The translations under genes were made by a program, and so were the position numbers. Shown here piece after piece: positions 50,890-59,631 of a DNA stretch of 59,632 nucleotides. The notes under the pieces were generated by a model. That model saw nothing but the letters and a program-made list of their open reading frames with translations. It searched no databases and had not been told where the DNA came from. Each line of letters opens with the position of its first letter. Position 1 is the first letter of the stretch. The stretch is from contig CAJGDV010000001.1 of the NCBI GenBank assembly GCA_904502155.1, positions 1 to 59,632 on the forward strand, read 5' to 3'. The stretch comes from an uncultured Bacilli bacterium. Lineage in GTDB: Bacteria; Bacillota_I; Bacilli_A; RF39; UBA660.

Positions 50890-52329
50890 ATGCAAGATGA
50901 TATTAGAAGAACTGTATTATTTTTAGTAAATGGTTTTGGTGTTGATAAAAGAGATATTTATGATATCTGTAATGATGCAATAATTCCTAATATAAATAAA
51001 TTAGCTAGTGAAAATATTTATAGTGCGATTGGGAATCTTTCTACTAATTATAAAAATGGATTTCGAATTTTTAGTACAAGTGATAAACAATTGCCAGGAT
51101 ATAGAACAGTTGCTCAAGATATAATTGACAACTATGATCACCATGAAAAATTTAATCAAATAGCTGAAAAGTTAGTTCAAGAAAATAAAAAATTGCATAT
51201 TTTTTGCTATCTTGACAATGATACAACTATTGATCATGCTAAAAATATAGTTAGATGTTTTAAAAATAAAAATGTAAGTAATATTTTTATACATGTTATA
51301 TTTAGAACATTTAAAGAACAAAATTATAAAATTATTGAAAAAAATATTAATAATATTAAATTAATTTCAACACAATATCCTGATGTTAAATTTGGAATGT
51401 TTTTTGGAAATGAACTTTTAGAAGATATTCAACAAACAAAAGATTTATATCAAATGTTAATTACTGAAGTAGGAGAAAGATGGCCTGATTTTGTACGTAA
51501 AATCGAAATATTAAGAGATAAAAATACAAAACCAGGTACTATTAAACCATTCTTTATTACAGGTGGATTTAAAGTAGAAGAAGGAGATTCAATATTATTC
51601 TTAAACTATGAATATGTAGATTATAGTAATTTTATTGAAATGTTATTAAATCCTAAATTACATTTTTCTTTATCAAAACTACCATTAAACGTAAAAGTTT
51701 ATTCATTATTTCCAATAAAGGCAAAAGTAGCTATTGAATCAGTATATGGCAATCAAGTATCAGAAAATTATTTAGTAAAATATTTAGATAAAATCAATGC
51801 TAAAGCATTAGTAATAACTAAAAAAGAAAAATTAACGTTTATAAATAATTTCCTAAATGGTATGCAAAATACTAAATCAGATAGATTGGATTTTATGATT
51901 ATTGACGATAATTTGCCAATAGCAAATATTGTTACTAATCCAAATTATCAACTTTATATTTTTGACTATGATATTGGTGACGTAAATAATATGGAGGAAT
52001 TAAAAAATCAACTTCATAAAGCTGATGCAATGCTTGGAAATGTTGCTCATCAATGTAAATTATATGATTATAGCTTATTTGTATCATCACTATATGGTAT
52101 TGAAAAAGAATGGAAGCGTGAAAATAATTTAGTATATATTATAAATTATGCTGTTCAAGTTCCTTTAATAGTTGTTGATAGATTAACAATTAAAGGGAAA
52201 CATTTTATTAACAACGGTAGTAATCAATACTTATTACCAACAGTTATTAAAAATATGAAAAAGGATTTAAATGTCCATTCAATGATTTCTGAAAAATCAC
52301 AAGGATTATTTTCATCATTTAAACTTTAA
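50890..52329 (+). CDS. degenerate homologue of cofactor-independent phosphoglycerate mutase (iPGM-like pseudoenzyme candidate)
   Basis: Collinear blocks against iPGM: LVNGFG vs ILDGFG, LHIFCYLDNDTTIDH vs LHLFGLLSDGGVHSH, NIFIHVIFRTF vs RVYIHGFLDGRD, DSILFLNYEYVD vs DAIIFYNFRPDR, VSSLYGI vs ITADHGN. Metal and catalytic residues are mostly replaced. Confidence 0.65.
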   Translation: MQDDIRRTVLFLVNGFGVDKRDIYDICNDAIIPNINKLASENIYSAIGNLSTNYKNGFRIFSTSDKQLPGYRTVAQDIIDNYDHHEKFNQIAEKLVQENKKLHIFCYLDNDTTIDHAKNIVRCFKNKNVSNIFIHVIFRTFKEQNYKIIEKNINNIKLISTQYPDVKFGMFFGNELLEDIQQTKDLYQMLITEVGERWPDFVRKIEILRDKNTKPGTIKPFFITGGFKVEEGDSILFLNYEYVDYSNFIEMLLNPKLHFSLSKLPLNVKVYSLFPIKAKVAIESVYGNQVSENYLVKYLDKINAKALVITKKEKLTFINNFLNGMQNTKSDRLDFMIIDDNLPIANIVTNPNYQLYIFDYDIGDVNNMEELKNQLHKADAMLGNVAHQCKLYDYSLFVSSLYGIEKEWKRENNLVYIINYAVQVPLIVVDRLTIKGKHFINNGSNQYLLPTVIKNMKKDLNVHSMISEKSQGLFSSFKL

Positions 52330-52410
52330 AAGAAGATGTCAAATTTTCTTTTTTTTTGTCAAATTTAAAAAAATTATATTGTAGTAGATTAAAATAAGTG
52401 ATAACATTGT

Positions 52411-52441
52411 TATAGTAGTATAGGGAAATTATACTACTATA
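52411..52441 (+). promoter_or_regulatory. perfect 12-bp inverted repeat (operator-like or 5' hairpin) upstream of the WXG-like gene array
   Basis: tatagtagtata-gggaaat-tatactactata. The left arm overlaps a TGtTATAGT extended -10-like box. Confidence 0.6.
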
Positions 52442-52452
52442 GAAAGTAGGTA

Positions 52453-52791
52453 GTGAGTATGGCTAATAATGTAATAGGTATAAATGAGGAAAATTTAAGT
52501 GCCCTAATTAATGAACTCAACAATTATATCGAAGACATCTCTAAGACTTTCAATGATATGGATGATATTATTGAAGGTACTAATGCTACATTTCAAGGTG
52601 AAGCTGGAGATGCTCTTAGAAATAAATATGACTACATTAAGTTAAACTTTCCAAGAATTTTAAATAACCTAGAAAGTTATACGAAAGATTTGGTTAAAAT
52701 TAGAAATAATTATGTTTCTTTTGAATCAAGTTTCACATTACCTGATTTTGAACTTGAGGGAGGAAATAAACAATGGGAAAAAGCGGATTAA
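52453..52791 (+). CDS. small helical T7SS-associated protein (WXG100/LXG-N-like with F-Q-G in place of W-x-G)
   Basis: 112 aa. FQGEAGDALRNKY at the centre. The start may be ATG 52459. Confidence 0.6.
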   Translation: MSMANNVIGINEENLSALINELNNYIEDISKTFNDMDDIIEGTNATFQGEAGDALRNKYDYIKLNFPRILNNLESYTKDLVKIRNNYVSFESSFTLPDFELEGGNKQWEKAD

Positions 52792-53090
52792 GCATAGATG
52801 CTATTACTCATGGTGTGTCATCTGAAGGTGTAGAAGCTTTATTAAGAGAAATACATTTAGAGATGATAATTAATGCAAAAACAAATCTTGAAAAAACACA
52901 AGATTTTGAAGCAGCAGTAAATGCTGGTTGGGAAGGACCAGACAAAGAAGTTTTTTTAAAAAACTGTGAAAAAATGAAAAATGAAATAAGTGAAGCGTTA
53001 CAAGGTTATTATGATCAAATAGAAGCTGAATTTAATGCAGTTATAAGTCATTGGGAAGAATTCCAAGCTTCAAACGTAAGTGCGCAATAA
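52773..53090 (+). CDS. WXG100-family protein
   Basis: 105 aa. W53-E-G (nt 52929-52937) lies centrally. GAGGGAGG RBS. 19-nt overlap with the preceding gene. Confidence 0.7.
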   Translation: MGKSGLSIDAITHGVSSEGVEALLREIHLEMIINAKTNLEKTQDFEAAVNAGWEGPDKEVFLKNCEKMKNEISEALQGYYDQIEAEFNAVISHWEEFQASNVSAQ

Positions 53091-53107
53091 AATAGGAGGA
53101 AGTTTAA

Positions 53108-53476
53108 ATGGCAATTAATAATATAGGTACTGTTGGGATTATCGAAGGCGAAATCGATAACATGAAAGCAGCGTTAAAAGTATATAAAGAAGGTATAGAT
53201 GAACCATTAGCTCAATTATCGAGTATGGTTGACTATGCACAAGCATTTAAAGGTTCTAATATTGCGGATAGCGTTAAAGGTTATTTAGAAAAAGCAATAG
53301 CTGAAATTAAAAAAATGACTGATTACTTATTAGAATTTGATACTGCTCTTGATACTGTTAGAGCTAATTATGAAGCTGAAGCATCAGCTGTTTCTCAAAA
53401 AGTTGGCGGAGACACAGACTCTGTTACTACTACTCAAATTAATACCAAAACTGGGGTAAACCCATTTGGTGGATAA
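53108..53476 (+). CDS. small helical T7SS-associated protein (WXG100-like with F-K-G)
   Basis: 122 aa. AFKGSNIADSVKGY lies centrally. AGGAGG RBS. Confidence 0.55.
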   Translation: MAINNIGTVGIIEGEIDNMKAALKVYKEGIDEPLAQLSSMVDYAQAFKGSNIADSVKGYLEKAIAEIKKMTDYLLEFDTALDTVRANYEAEASAVSQKVGGDTDSVTTTQINTKTGVNPFGG

Positions 53477-53490
53477 TAGGGTGATATAAA

Positions 53491-53847
53491 ATGATTTCAT
53501 CGAGTGAGTTAATACAAAGAAAAAATAATTATATTCAGTTACAAAATGATTTAGAGGGATTATCATCTAGTATGAAAAATAGTATGGATTCTTTAACGTT
53601 TGCAGTTAAGGGAATTAATAATTCATATTTGATAGATGGTGAACCAGCTGATTATAACAAAATTAGTGATGTTAATAGACGTAATAATGAATTATATAAT
53701 GAATTAGGAAAATGTAGAAATGCAATTAGTGCTAAAATTAGAGAATTAGAATCTCAAATAAAAAGTGCTTTATCATATGAAGCAGAGCAAAGACGTCTTC
53801 GTGAAGAAGAACTTGCTAGACAAAGAGAAGAGGCTAATAATGGCTAA
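53491..53847 (+). CDS. small helical protein, possibly YwqH/DUF5082-like T7SS helper
   Basis: 118 aa, predicted helical. The AISAKIRELESQIKS block and charged C-terminal tail suggest the family, but this is from memory only. Confidence 0.45.
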   Translation: MISSSELIQRKNNYIQLQNDLEGLSSSMKNSMDSLTFAVKGINNSYLIDGEPADYNKISDVNRRNNELYNELGKCRNAISAKIRELESQIKSALSYEAEQRRLREEELARQREEANNG

Positions 53848-54130
53848 TATAGAATTAGATACAATGAAAACTCAAAATATAGCGAGTAAGTTTAATGATA
53901 AAATAAACGTATATAATAATACAATGACTAATTTTTTTACAAAATTATGTTCAATTGGTGGAGCTGAAGGTGCTTGGACGGGTGATGATAGTATGAAGTT
54001 CGTCACTCGTGCACTTGAAGAAAAAAAAGTATACGAAGATTTCTCAGTTATATTAACAGAGTTTGCAAAAACTATTGATGAAAGTTGCGATGAAATAGCT
54101 ACTGCAGTAGCTAGATCAAGGATAAATTAA
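53840..54130 (+). CDS. WXG100-family protein (EsxA-like size)
   Basis: 96 aa from ATG 53840. W46-T-G (nt 53975-53983). The ORF-track start 53765 lies inside the previous gene. Confidence 0.7.
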   Translation: MANIELDTMKTQNIASKFNDKINVYNNTMTNFFTKLCSIGGAEGAWTGDDSMKFVTRALEEKKVYEDFSVILTEFAKTIDESCDEIATAVARSRIN

Positions 54131-54462
54131 TGGGAAATGTAAAAATGGCTAAATTATATTATAAGAGTGATTCTATTAAAGAATCTGTTCTTCCAAATAT
54201 TGTTGAAGCAAAAAACCATTTAAATGTATCTTTTTCAAAAGCAAATTCATTATCAGTTCCTAATGATTTTGGATATAGATCGTTCTTATTAAATTTACCT
54301 AATGAAATTAAAAAACTCGAAAACTCATGTGAAAACATACAAGTTTGGGCTAATAAAAGCATGCAAGCTGTAGATATGGCTTCTAGTGAGGTTGAAACAA
54401 AATTTAGTGGTATCGAGGTTGAGGAAATACCATTAAGAAGTGAATCAATTATATCGAAATAA
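54130..54462 (+). CDS. small helical protein, possibly YwqI/DUF5344-like T7SS helper
   Basis: 110 aa. The start shares one base with the previous stop. Weak pattern similarity only. Confidence 0.45.
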   Translation: MGNVKMAKLYYKSDSIKESVLPNIVEAKNHLNVSFSKANSLSVPNDFGYRSFLLNLPNEIKKLENSCENIQVWANKSMQAVDMASSEVETKFSGIEVEEIPLRSESIISK

Positions 54463-54492
54463 AAAAAGATGTGTTTCAATCACATCTTTTTT
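54463..54492. terminator. bidirectional intrinsic terminator between the convergent T7SS units
   Basis: aaaaagatgtg-tttcaat-cacatcttttt, with A-run and T-run flanks serving both strands. Confidence 0.8.
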
Positions 54493-54747
54493 TTACATTA
54501 ATATAAGATTACAACCTTGTTTTATTGTGCTTTCCTTAACAAGCTGATTAGGTTGATAAATTTCATTTGTTTCTCTATTATATAGACAAGCATTATTTGA
54601 AATAATATCTTCATTATTATTTAGTTCTCTTATAGACTTACATAACAATAGGATTACATTTCCTATTTTTTTGTTTAAAGGTATAAAAATTGTATACGTT
54701 TTTTCAATATCTGGAACAATAAGTTCAACAAGTATTTTACTATTCAT
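54493..54747 (-). CDS. esaB: YukD/EsaB-like ubiquitin-fold T7SS protein
   Basis: 84 aa. Pattern ..YTIFIP....IG.VI..L...I........I.......YN..T...Y.......ES.I..G..LIL is typical. 8-nt overlap with the essC stop. Confidence 0.75.
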   Translation of the reverse strand: MNSKILVELIVPDIEKTYTIFIPLNKKIGNVILLLCKSIRELNNNEDIISNNACLYNRETNEIYQPNQLVKESTIKQGCNLILM

Positions 54748-57700
54748 CTAAATTTCTCTCCTTATCAACAACATATTTAATTAGTGTATGTTTTCCTTTG
54801 TTAAGTACAAATGCCATGTAACGGAAATCAATTTTTCTTTCATCTAAAGATAAATTGTTGAATTTTAAAGACATTTGATTTGCTACATTACTTCCAAGCC
54901 ATATACCAGTAGTCATATCAACATTAGATCTAAACCACATTTCAGATTCAATATCTTTAAATTGTGTATAATTATCCATTATAATGAATTTGTTATTATT
55001 TTTTTCTGCAATTTTACTAAATACTTCATTGTAAATATTTTTTACATCTAAACTCAATAATTGTTTAAATTTAGATATTCCAAGGAAAATAAATACATTT
55101 TTTCCTGTCTTTGTTTCATCATTATTAAGTTCAATTGCAATTTTTTGAATTAAATCATCAAAGTCATTTTTGAAACAAGTAGCTTTAGAACAATTTGTAT
55201 CAAAAATATCTAATAAATCTATAACCCTAACTGTGACATTAGGAATATCTAATAAACTATCAATTAAACCATAAACGAATCCAATCTCATTTTCAATTGT
55301 TGAAGCAATTATAGGTGTAACAATATTTTTTTCAAAATCAAAATGGCATGTATTAACTTTTGATTTTCTTATACCAATTGAAACATTTTCTAAACTAATA
55401 GATTTATCTAAATCTTGTTTTTTAACAACTGATGGTAAAACAACAATCTTAGGTGCTTTAACATTAGGATATTTTTCATTAAATTTAGTTTCAAGATTAA
55501 TAATTGCTTTGTTCATTTCATCTTGTTTTGCAAACATTGCAGTTTGGAATTCATATGAGAAATCATCAATTTTTACAACTCCTCGACCAAACTTGTGTGC
55601 AGGAACAACTCCTCTATCAGTATTAAGTAAGTTTCTATAATCCATATCATTTGGAAGTTGTAAGGCTATACGATTTGGGAATATTTGAGTAATTCTTAAT
55701 CTTATACCTGAAGCAACTGATGATGTTATAAGGAAGTGAATACCGAATTTAGAACCATCTCTAAATAAAGCTGATAATTGGTCTTCTAATCTTGCATAAT
55801 TTTCAGCAAGAACTTCATATGAATTAATAATTACAGAAATCATTGGAATTTGTTGCCCAGATTCTTTAATATATGAATCATAAGAACCACCAAATTCACT
55901 AAATAAATCTTTTCTTCTTTCGATTTCCATTTGAAGTGTCATAATTAAATTATGTATTTTTTCACTTTCATCAATAAATACAACATCACCGACATGAGGA
56001 TATTTATTATATTTTTTTAGAGTTTCTGATCCAAAATCTAAAATATAAAAATTAATTTCACTTGGAGAATGATATAAAACAATTGAATTTATATAAGTTG
56101 ATATAAAGTTTTCTTTACCACTTCCAGGCATACCATATAAAACAATGTTTGCTTTTTTATTTAAATTAATTTTAAATAAACCTTGTGTTTGATTAGAAGG
56201 ATCATCATATTCTCCGATAATAGCATCTATTTCATATGGTTTTTGTGTTACGGCATATTTAATAATTAAATTATTAATTAATATTTCATCACTTAAGCTG
56301 TCTAGCCATAATTTTTTAGTTTTAATATTATTTTTATTTGCAAGTAGAGATAAATATTTAACAATATTTGTTAATTGTTCACCATGATCTTCTATATTTT
56401 CTCTTCTAATAACGTCATTAATAGATTTTATTATTTCGCCAGTGTTATTTATAAAATTAATTGAAGTATCAACTTTCTTGATAACTTTTTCTGTTGGTAC
56501 ATATTTAGCCCCAGCCCATGCTGATTGTCCTAATTCAAATAATTCATCATAACCAACTTGTAAATAAAATCTACCAGCTTCTTTAATACTAGCTGCTTCT
56601 GGACGTTTTAGCATTTCCATACTATCAGATCTTGTTGCAACTTTTAAACATATTTTAAATTTAGAGTTTGACCAAATTTGATCATTAACAACTCCACTTG
56701 GTTTTTGTGTTGCTAAAATTAAATGTACACCTAATGAACGACCAATTCTTGCTGTTTGAACAAGTTGACTCATAAATTCAGGTTGTTGACTTTTTAATTC
56801 GGCAAATTCGTCTGATACGATAAATAAATGTGCTATTGGTTCTGTAATAACACCTTCTCGATAAAGTTTTTGATATTTATAAATATCAATAGTACTTTCT
56901 CCAAGGTTATCACGAACATCATTAAATAATTTTTGTCTTCTTTTAAGTTCACTTTGAATTGATACTAATGAACGATTAATTTCATTTGTATCAAGGTTTG
57001 TAATAGTACCAATTAGATGTGGAACTCTAACACCAGTTTCCTTATTTTCAAAAGCACCTGCTAAACCTCCACCCTTATAATCTATTAATACAAATTGTAC
57101 TTCATCAGGACTATAATTTATACACATAGATAAAATATATGTAATTATAAATTCAGATTTACCACTACCTGTTGAACCAGCGATTAAACCATGAGGTCCA
57201 TGATGTTTTTCGTGTAAATCCAATTTAAATGTTTCACCTTGTTCGTTAACTCCAATTGGAGTAGATAAAGATACAATTGGATTACTAATTTTCCATCTAT
57301 GGGCAATATTTAATTGCTCGATTTTTCCTACATTAAACATTTCCAAGAAAGATACTAAAGATGGTAGTTGTTGAATACCTTTAATAGGTGCAACAGGAAT
57401 ATTAGCTAATTCACTAACCATTCTTTGCATATCTATAAGTGGATTATAATCTGGTATGAAATTTTTTTGTTTATTACTTGCAAGTTCTTTTTCAAATACA
57501 CAACTTGTTTTTTTAACAACATAGGCATATGTTGTACAGTCATTTGGAATATTTTTCATAAGATTTTCAAATAAGCATAAAGAAAATCCAAAATTTGTAG
57601 GATGATTTAAAAGATTTGTAATAAATTTATTAGATTTAATATTTATATAATTATCTGTAATAATTAAATAATATGGTAAATAATTTTTAAATGCTTCTTG

Positions 57701-59320
57701 ACCATTAAATTCTTGGTCTAACATTTTTGTATTTCCAGCTATTTGTTCAAATCTTTCATTGAATTGGTGTTCTAAATATTGTAATACTTTTTTTGCTTCT
57801 TCATTAGTTGATGCAAAAAATCTTACACTTTTATCATCACTAAATAAATGTGGTAATGTTTTTAAATATTCCCATTTATATTCGTTTTCTTTATCAGTTA
57901 GAAAAACTAATTTTAAATCATTAGGACTATGAAAAGTCATTAATTGTAATAATAATCCATTTAAAAAATCTTGTTCGAATGGGCAGTTACATACTACAGC
58001 CATTATTTTATTTTTAATAAAATCTATTGTAACTGGCACATTATTTAAACTTGTATATTTATCTTTTAAATTAAGAACACTTTCTAATAAATTATCATCT
58101 TCCATTGTAAAATGTTCTTCTGGAGCTTTTATAGATATTGATAATGGAGCATTACCAAGTCCTACTCGAACATTTAAAAAATCATTATCATTTATTTCAC
58201 GATTCCATACTTTATCTTTGTTATTTACAATTATTTCTGCACATTCTGCTAAAGTAATATTATTTTCATGTAATATTTGAGAATGTTGTTTCATAATTAT
58301 ATTAATTTGATTTTCCTTATTATTAAGATATTCTGTATATCTTTTTTGTCTTTTTTCTTCCATTTTATGCATCATTTTCTTTTGATATGCTTTTAATAAT
58401 CTAGGCATAACAATTGAACCTATTACCATAGTTACACATAATATTAAATTTGGAATAACTTGACCAAAAGTTTTATTTCCGCTTGATACATCATTGTAAG
58501 CGTTATAAGCTGAAATACCTGAAAAAGCTATCATTGTTAAACTAGAACCCATTGATAACAAGAATGGGATATCTTCTTTTAAATAAGAAGCTGGTGGAGC
58601 CTCAATAACAATTTCTTTTTCTTCTATAACTGTTCTAAGTCTTGGTTTATGAAAAAAATAATCTTCCTCATTAATAACAATTTCTTCATCTGGATTAGAA
58701 GGAGTATATTGTGTATTATCTTCTCTTGGTCCTTGTTCCATAAGTTGTAATTTAGCACTTGTCATAACTCTATTACCAGGATTATTTATTTTCATAAAAT
58801 TACCCATCCATATAATTTTTAATCCACCAATAAAAATTATATCTCCAGTTTTTAATTTCTTATTTATAACTCTTTGATGATTAACATAAACTCTAAAGTT
58901 ATCTTCAGCATTGCTATCCAAAATATACCAATGATTATCTTTGTAAACAATTGATGCTTCAAAAACAGATATTAAATTTGATGATAAACTAATATCTGAA
59001 TTCATATCATTACCTATAGAAATACTATTAATTCCATTAAAAGAAACATAACGGTGATTTTCTTCAATTTTTGGTGCGACATGAAGATAAATTAATTCCT
59101 TATTATTTTTTATTGCTAATTGATAACTACAATAAGGTCTTAATTCAACTTTGGGTTCAGAATTAACACTTACAGTATTATCATTTACTAAATACCATGA
59201 TCCATTTTCTGCAACAATATTTAAATATATTTTCTTATATTTAAATAGTACATTTTCATCAATGATGTCGGGCAAATCATAAGAAACTAGTCTATTACTA
59301 CTTTCTACATATAGTCTCAT
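54740..59320 (-). CDS. essC: T7SS FtsK/SpoIIIE-family ATPase EssC/YukB
   Basis: 1526 aa. Tandem N-terminal FHA-like domains, two TM helices, Walker A GSTGSGKS (module 1) and GMPGSGKE (module 2). I find no clear P-loop in module 3. Confidence 0.92.
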   Translation of the reverse strand: MRLYVESSNRLVSYDLPDIIDENVLFKYKKIYLNIVAENGSWYLVNDNTVSVNSEPKVELRPYCSYQLAIKNNKELIYLHVAPKIEENHRYVSFNGINSISIGNDMNSDISLSSNLISVFEASIVYKDNHWYILDSNAEDNFRVYVNHQRVINKKLKTGDIIFIGGLKIIWMGNFMKINNPGNRVMTSAKLQLMEQGPREDNTQYTPSNPDEEIVINEEDYFFHKPRLRTVIEEKEIVIEAPPASYLKEDIPFLLSMGSSLTMIAFSGISAYNAYNDVSSGNKTFGQVIPNLILCVTMVIGSIVMPRLLKAYQKKMMHKMEEKRQKRYTEYLNNKENQINIIMKQHSQILHENNITLAECAEIIVNNKDKVWNREINDNDFLNVRVGLGNAPLSISIKAPEEHFTMEDDNLLESVLNLKDKYTSLNNVPVTIDFIKNKIMAVVCNCPFEQDFLNGLLLQLMTFHSPNDLKLVFLTDKENEYKWEYLKTLPHLFSDDKSVRFFASTNEEAKKVLQYLEHQFNERFEQIAGNTKMLDQEFNGQEAFKNYLPYYLIITDNYINIKSNKFITNLLNHPTNFGFSLCLFENLMKNIPNDCTTYAYVVKKTSCVFEKELASNKQKNFIPDYNPLIDMQRMVSELANIPVAPIKGIQQLPSLVSFLEMFNVGKIEQLNIAHRWKISNPIVSLSTPIGVNEQGETFKLDLHEKHHGPHGLIAGSTGSGKSEFIITYILSMCINYSPDEVQFVLIDYKGGGLAGAFENKETGVRVPHLIGTITNLDTNEINRSLVSIQSELKRRQKLFNDVRDNLGESTIDIYKYQKLYREGVITEPIAHLFIVSDEFAELKSQQPEFMSQLVQTARIGRSLGVHLILATQKPSGVVNDQIWSNSKFKICLKVATRSDSMEMLKRPEAASIKEAGRFYLQVGYDELFELGQSAWAGAKYVPTEKVIKKVDTSINFINNTGEIIKSINDVIRRENIEDHGEQLTNIVKYLSLLANKNNIKTKKLWLDSLSDEILINNLIIKYAVTQKPYEIDAIIGEYDDPSNQTQGLFKINLNKKANIVLYGMPGSGKENFISTYINSIVLYHSPSEINFYILDFGSETLKKYNKYPHVGDVVFIDESEKIHNLIMTLQMEIERRKDLFSEFGGSYDSYIKESGQQIPMISVIINSYEVLAENYARLEDQLSALFRDGSKFGIHFLITSSVASGIRLRITQIFPNRIALQLPNDMDYRNLLNTDRGVVPAHKFGRGVVKIDDFSYEFQTAMFAKQDEMNKAIINLETKFNEKYPNVKAPKIVVLPSVVKKQDLDKSISLENVSIGIRKSKVNTCHFDFEKNIVTPIIASTIENEIGFVYGLIDSLLDIPNVTVRVIDLLDIFDTNCSKATCFKNDFDDLIQKIAIELNNDETKTGKNVFIFLGISKFKQLLSLDVKNIYNEVFSKIAEKNNNKFIIMDNYTQFKDIESEMWFRSNVDMTTGIWLGSNVANQMSLKFNNLSLDERKIDFRYMAFVLNKGKHTLIKYVVDKERNLDE

Positions 59321-59379
59321 AATTACCTCCTATTATACTATAACAATTATACCATATAAAAAAGATAATTACATTAGCA

Positions 59380-59631
59380 TTATCTTATTTTTTTAGATTT
59401 GAAACAGTGAGCATAAAAACCTAAACAATTAATATGTTCCTTAGGTTTTTTATATTCATATATTTCAAGATCATTAGGATTATAATTTTTATATTTTACA
59501 ATATCTGGAAATTCTAAAATTACTTTATCTAATAATTCATCTAAATTATCAAATTCATAAACACCTTTTAATTTATCCCAAGAATGTTCAAACCAATAAT
59601 ATTTATTATTTTCTTCATAAACTAAAAATGT
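59380..59631 (-). CDS. 3' end of an unidentified ORF upstream of essC (83 codons visible, start beyond window)
   Basis: Hand translation of the - strand: ..YYWFEHSWDKLKGVYEFDNLDELLDKVILEFPDIVKY...CFKSKKIR, stop at 59380-59382. An 83-codon open frame is unlikely by chance in AT-rich DNA. Confidence 0.5.
   Translation of the reverse strand, partial: TFLVYEENNKYYWFEHSWDKLKGVYEFDNLDELLDKVILEFPDIVKYKNYNPNDLEIYEYKKPKEHINCLGFYAHCFKSKKIR

Noticed and set aside
54159-54479. 106-aa antisense ORF opposite the last small T7SS gene.
   Set aside because: It mirrors the + strand gene, has no RBS and would run through the bidirectional terminator. The + strand gene is start-coupled to its neighbour.
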